DNA of 64,000 nt, from the NCBI GenBank assembly GCA_043228905.1, contig JBHGNT010000001.1, positions 27,218,001 to 27,282,000 of the forward strand. The letters are read 5' to 3'. Under the pieces are notes generated by a model. That model did no database searches, was not told where the DNA came from, and worked only from the letters and a program-made list of their open reading frames with translations. Below are positions 58,084-64,000 of this stretch, piece by piece. Source of the DNA: Azolla caroliniana. Its lineage: Eukaryota; Plantae; Polypodiophyta. Made by a program: the position numbers and the translations under genes. Each line of letters begins with the position of its first letter. Within the stretch, counting starts at the first letter, position 1.

Positions 58084-60171
58084 GAAATCTCGTCTGCGTG
58101 CGTGCAGAAACATCGAGCGAGAAACATTATAAGCAAATTACAGTAGTAGTCGTCTCTCTGTTTTTTTAATTGTTGGTGGAATGTGTGTGTATATACAGTA
58201 TACTCTCTCGTTCTTTTGGTTTGGCTCAAACCGAAATGTGTTTAACAGTTTATTGGTTCAGAAATAACTATGTAAACGACGATTTGGTTTGGTTTTTCAC
58301 ATATTATTCAAGGGTTTGCCTGTCTTTCAAATATTCTTAAATGGTATGGTTTAGTCTCAATTATGAATAAAACTATTTAGTTTCATTCCAGTTTTGGTTC
58401 TCAAACTAAGGTTTATCGGTTATTATCTAACTTTGTTTTATCTCATTAATAGTTTGATGTTTTAATTAATTTAAAGGTTTAAATAATGGTTTTTAGGTTT
58501 AAATATATAAATAAATTTTAATTTGATGCTTTTTAGTTTAATGTTTTTTTTTTGTTTAATTAATTCGGCTTAAATTGTTTGGTTTATATTTTTTTTGTTG
58601 AATGGTTAAAGTTGCACAATGTATTAGGGAACCCATGATTTTATAGTCTTTAACAATTCATTCATTGCATGGGATAAGAGGCTTTCCATGTACGTTGTCA
58701 TCTCTTCAATCTTGCATTCCCTTCTCAAAATGTATTCACAAGACCTGTGAAAATATGAAACAATCTAGTTGGAAGGTGTAACCCCACAAACTCTCTATTG
58801 AATGCATGCCATGATCTCGATTCGCAACAAAAAAACAGGATGGGTAACAATAGCAAACAACACTCGATTACGTGGGCATCCTTAATGAATTGATTTTTTT
58901 GAGGACATATGCTTAGGTGATTTTAGCAGTAATGATTGATTGAGATATAGCTTCTTGCCCTAATAAAATATTGAGGCAAGACATTACCGATTAACAACCA
59001 CTAGTATGTACCAATTCTGAAACCAAGGACCATTTGGTATGAGCATAAGCTTTCCTCACACAATAAGCAATGCATGTTGTGTTTCTTGGGCATAGTCCAT
59101 GATAATTTGAACATGAAACACATAATGCAACATCTTCCTACCCACAATGAGACCATTTTGACTTCAATGAATTAAACTACTATAAATATTTCTATAGTCG
59201 ATTTACGAATACCTTCGTAAACACATTATACAAATTTGCCATCAAAGGAATAATCACACTATTGTTAAAATGACGGAAGTGATGGCAGCTTTGCTAACCA
59301 AATCGATAAAACCAACCCAACATAGTTGAAATATCCAAGTTAATAGTTGTTTCAAGATGCAAGAATACCGTGTATATATCCCAAGTGTCTTATTGTTAAG
59401 AAGATGTCAGAATCTACCTCTTCCTCGCCCAATATGCATTCAACTCCTTCCCTTCCCAATGGGGCTCATATTTGACGATGAAAATACAACCAATCGCATA
59501 AAACAACAAAGAGCTTTGTTAGGAAACATAGCTTGTGCTACGCTTTTGTGCTATACGAGGGCATGAAAGGTTGAACGTGGAGGTGTGTTCGGACACGTGG
59601 AGGGCCAGAGTGCCGAAAGGGAGAGGTGTTGGGGTGGCAATGAGGAAAAACAAATGGGCGGGTTAGGAGCCTCTAAGGGGGAAATAATATACATACAGAT
59701 ATGGGCCACCGTGAAGCCAAGGGGATTTCCAAGGAACCAATGAGAAAAAGCGGATGGGGATGATATATGTATGCATGCATGCATGCATGTAGTTATGTAT
59801 GTATGCATGCATGCATGTATGTATTGGTTGGATGATAAGGAAAAGCAGAGCGCGTGGTGCCGAGTCAGAAAAAGCGAAAAAGCGAAAAACAACGGTTCTG
59901 CGCGGGTGACTAGCGGTTTGTTGGAAAACCACCGGGGAATGAAGTTAGCGGATTCAGAAACAGATTAGTGGTTTTGGATGACGCTGACTCAGCAAAAAAG
60001 AAAACCCTAAATGCATTCTCTGATGATCCGTTCCTCCCAGATTCGAACCATCGCCATCGCCATCGCCATCGCCATCGCGAGCTTCTTCTTCTTCTTCTTC
60101 GTCGCCCCCGCAGAGACAACTTCACACGCGCAGGGACTACCCATCACACACACACACACACACAGAGACAG

Positions 60172-61138
60172 ATGAGTCGCAGCAGTAGCAATGTGGCAAC
60201 GCATGCATCCTCACCCTCGTCCCCTCAAATTCTCCATCAGGCTTCGACATGTCATCCGCAAAGCTCGACCACTATTCGGGAAGATCACAGGCTCAACATG
60301 ATCCGCCCTATGCCACAGAGGTCTTCTCTTATACTTCAGCAGAGCCCGGCTATGGCGTCCAATAACCTTTTCTCAGTCTCTGCAGAGCTTCTATCCATCA
60401 GGCCTCCCACGATGATTAGGAGTACGTTAAGATCGCAAAGGTATATATGCAATCAAGACGTAAAACAGGATTTGTATATTATGCATTATTTTGATATCCA
60501 TCGATGCAGGAAGGAGAGATTCTCTGTAGTTACACCATCTGTGCTACTTATACCCATGAATGTTATACTAACATACTGTTGATATTCGTGTGGTCTACAG
60601 TGCCATGTCTATTGTTGACGCTCATGCAGCGTATGCTGGCAGCGTTAATGACGATGTAAGCGCAATGTCTAAATCATGCGGAGCAAGCCATGAGATCTTG
60701 GATATTTTCCTGAACAAGGTAGTTCCAATATTATGTATAACCAAATCGTTGTTTTTTGCGAGTGCAGGGAATGGTGCTTAATTTGGTGCTACTGCTGTTA
60801 CATGACAGGAGGTTTCTTCTGCAGAGAGAGATACAGCGCTTGCTTCTGATGATGATGATGATGATGATGTGAGAGGCAAGAGCTCATACGGAGTTAAAGA
60901 TCTAATCTTCACAGGCTCTCCACCTTGCAGAGCGAGAAACCCCATGGCGCAGGATGCAGAATTCCATCATCTCCAGCTGTTGAATCCGATGTACCCAGCC
61001 ATGGCAGCACCATCTCCTGTTCGAGTCGAAGGATTTGAGTGCAATCAAGGTCTCGGTTATACAAGAAGTACAGACGCCATGGATACTGTGCAGAATAGTA
61101 TAAGGTGTCGATCATACCTCTCCTCCTTAATGGCATGA
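60172..61138 (+). CDS. Conserved plant uncharacterised protein (ELLDIxLxK / GSPPxRxxNP / VRVEGF family), 3 exons, ~238 aa
   Basis: Exons 60172-60440, 60601-60718, 60809-61138 in frame (717 nt); motifs HEILDIFLNK, FTGSPPCRARNPMAQDAEF, SPVRVEGFEC. Confidence 0.85.
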
Positions 61139-61413
61139 CCCTGTTCTGTACATATCCGTACAATTTGAAGGTTACTAAGATCCATATCCATATCCGTAGT
61201 AACCTTTCTGATTTATTTACATCCCCGGTTCATGTCAATGATTAATCTGCTGAAACATTTTAATCAGCAGCTTTGATTCATTCTCCTTGTAGCTACCTCT
61301 AATCGGAAAGACATCGATTGGGTTTGTATACATACAAACATGTACATAATAATACTGTCATTCTACACACGTATGTTGTCTATGATGTGGTAATTGCCAT
61401 AAATTGACAATGT

Positions 61414-61658
61414 TAGGCAATCTGCAACGGTTCGGTTTCAGGTTAACCGGTTTGGCCATGTCCAAACCACACTGGTTAAGCCTTAACCGGTTTGGAAGTT
61501 TTCAAACTTGAATCAAATTGGTTTGGTTCGGCTTGAGCCAACCGTGCTCAAACTGGTTAAGGAAACTCAAGCCCGATCCAAACCTCCACGCCTCCAAAGT
61601 GTTTAAAAACGGTTTAACAACTCGGTTTAGGCTTGAGCCGAGCCGTTTCCTACACCTA
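61414..61658. mobile_element. MITE-like element with imperfect terminal inverted repeats
   Basis: 5' taggcaatctgcaacggttcggtttca versus the reverse complement of the 3' end, taggtgtaggaaacggctcggctcaa; interior rich in AACCG/CGGTT. Confidence 0.6.
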
Positions 61659-63427
61659 GTAATTGGATGAACCACTTTGTCACTACCTCACGGCAACACT
61701 CCCACATTATAAATCAGAGCATTTCAGGTCCACCATATTTGTAAGTGTTTCCATACTGTACATCGATCGGAGGCTGGTCAGTTGGATGTTCGCGCTACCA
61801 AGACCACGTGCATTTCCTCAACATAACCATCTTAGCAACAAGGTATATGGTCTGATATCCAAAGTAAGAACCGCGTTGAAAATTTCACACCCCACTCATC
61901 ATGGTTGGATTCCCATTACTTTGGTTCAAGTTTGTCATCTTTGTAGTTCCACACCCCTCCTCATGGGGAAAGCTTAAAGTGAGGTGAAAACCTATACAAT
62001 GCTAAACAATGTGTCACAAAAAGTTCAAAGCATGGCGAAAAACACACATTGGTATACATGTGTGAAAGTCATAATATTGAGAGGTCCCAAGCTCAATCCT
62101 CCATGGAGTAATATGTCATGAAATTCAGAGAATGGTACAACGTAAATGTATCATAGTCATAAATTTGAGAGAAACCAAGTCCTTATCCATAAATAAATCA
62201 CAATTGGTGTCTCCCTTAGTAGTTAAAAATATATCTATTTATAGAATAACCACTCTTTCTATGGTTCATAAGTCACCAATTTTGGAACAAGGTTCATTAG
62301 AATTGGCATGGCATATAATGATCGCCAAAGGTGATAATATCTAGGAGGTATAAGAAACTTGATTCACACTTGATAATGATCTCAATGCATGTCGAGAGGA
62401 TACACACTCAAGTGCTTTTTGTTGGTTAATTGGTTTCTTTGTCTAAGGTTGCAACTTGCCAAGCTTGGAGTATCATAGAGGTTATGAAGAATCTTGTGAT
62501 GAGTGGACATTGAGTGTGATATCTACGGTATCCACTTCATTCAATGCAAAGGCATCTCTCATTCATTGAATCAATGGCAAAGTTGAACACATGCAATGAG
62601 TGTATTTACACATAAGTTGTGTGGTTGAGCTTGTTATCATGACATGCCCCTTTGAAGTTTGATCATGTCTTAAAAACCTAGAGAATGATGGAAACAATCC
62701 CTTATTCGAGAGTTCATGTTTCCATATGCACGTTCACTATTGTTTTGGTTTTGGTTTACTGTTAGAGCTTTATCCTAATGTAAGCAAAAGATAAGGAAAT
62801 ATAAGATAGGAAAATAGAGAAGACCAACAAAGAAGGGTGGCGATCCAACCAATCACCCCCCAACGAAGGGATTGAGATAAACTTGAGCCTTGATCGGCGT
62901 CCCATACCTACATATTGGCATCGAGTTGTACTTGGTGCGCACTTGCTACAAGAGTTGATCACCACAAGATCTGAGTCTCAACATAGTCGATAATGTATCA
63001 AATGAGAGTAGTTAGGCCTTATATTTATAGCCATATCTAAGGCCCCTAGGCAAGTTCGCACTTTGCCTTAATGGGTTGTCTCAATCCCTAGGATTAAAAG
63101 TAATCCTCCCTTCTTTACACTCTCGATTAACCCTCACAAGTTGTCCTTGTGTGTAGAATACTATGAACTTACCACGGGATATTATATGGTCATGCCCGTA
63201 ACATTTACCAAGTTCACATCTTGCAATATTCTTTGTGAAAATTACAATGAGATCATTCTGAGGTATTGATTCAACTCGAACCCTATTTTTTAGCAATTGC
63301 AAGGGTAGTTGTCAATGACGCTCAAGCTATGAACGTTTACATCAACTAGTAAAGAAAACTTGAATCGTTCTCTCTTAATCATAAACTCACACAATTAATG
63401 CTTGTCAAAACATTTTTAAAAAAAAGT

Positions 63428-63920
63428 CAAGATTCACCTTGGTATTAATGAAAAGATGCCCAAAGGCTAAAAAAGAACCCATACAATAAAATATAACCCT
63501 CCTACCCACATCAACCAACATGTCTAGTAGTGGAAGCGGTCATGCAGGGTCCTTCCAAGGTGGGGGGCGGAAAAAGCCATCTTGGTTGCTCTCCCCAAAA
63601 AAGGTGAAGACCTCTGCCTTTTTCCAAATTTCTCGAAAATGTTGTTGCTTATGAAACACAACATCAAGCTCACCAAGTATTGCATCATATTGACCTCTTA
63701 GAGTATGGAGGAGCATGAACCATATCTCCTTGACTAACTCAACCTCATTCAACATAACTTTTTGAAATACACATTTACATCTTGCCTTCCATAATACCCT
63801 AACTACTAAAGATGATATCATAAACCAAACCTTGTCCTCTTCCAAACAATGGATTGGTGTAGTATAAGAGACCTCCGATACATATATTCCATCGAAGAGA
63901 AGGAGAAATCACCAACATTT
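63428..63920 (-). mobile_element. Third 3' fragment of the same LINE family as 29115 and 33040
   Basis: Shares aagattcaccttggtattaatg..gatgcccaaagg and the ORF VLWKARCKCVF..LLHTLRGQYD. Confidence 0.9.
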
Positions 63921-64000
63921 TAAATGACTTAAAACAACAATAATACTTGAAATAATAATAAAGTAAGAAATCACCAAAATATCTCAACTTTGATTAATCC

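Noticed and set aside
61980-63400. Possible Copia integrase/LTR remnants
   Set aside because: Only faint similarity, with no definable boundaries or TSD.

Overview
AT-rich, intron-containing land-plant nuclear DNA; the PPR-motif style and retroelement mix suggest a fern or other seed-free plant (inference only). I reconstructed six spliced genes by hand from GT-AG junctions. (1) A protein disulfide isomerase with an unusual ~150-aa His/Asp-rich repeat after its signal peptide, a CAHC second active site and KDEL. (2) A TEY-type group A/B MAP kinase. (3) A ~1243-aa protein combining an HNH/HNN-nuclease-like motif, a telobox-like Myb domain (in an exon whose correct frame is absent from the ORF track) and long coiled-coil/acidic regions. 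(4) An HHO/NIGT1-type GARP transcription factor with a dense upstream GAATC cluster and P1BS sites. (5, 6) Two small uncharacterised proteins transcribed divergently. The intergenic DNA holds decayed L1-type LINEs, Copia remnants, three related solo LTRs (two inserted at nearly homologous positions in two different LINEs), a triple tandem tRNA-derived SINE-like array, a MITE, a PPR relic and several local duplications. All gene models are manual and unverified by transcripts or database searches.
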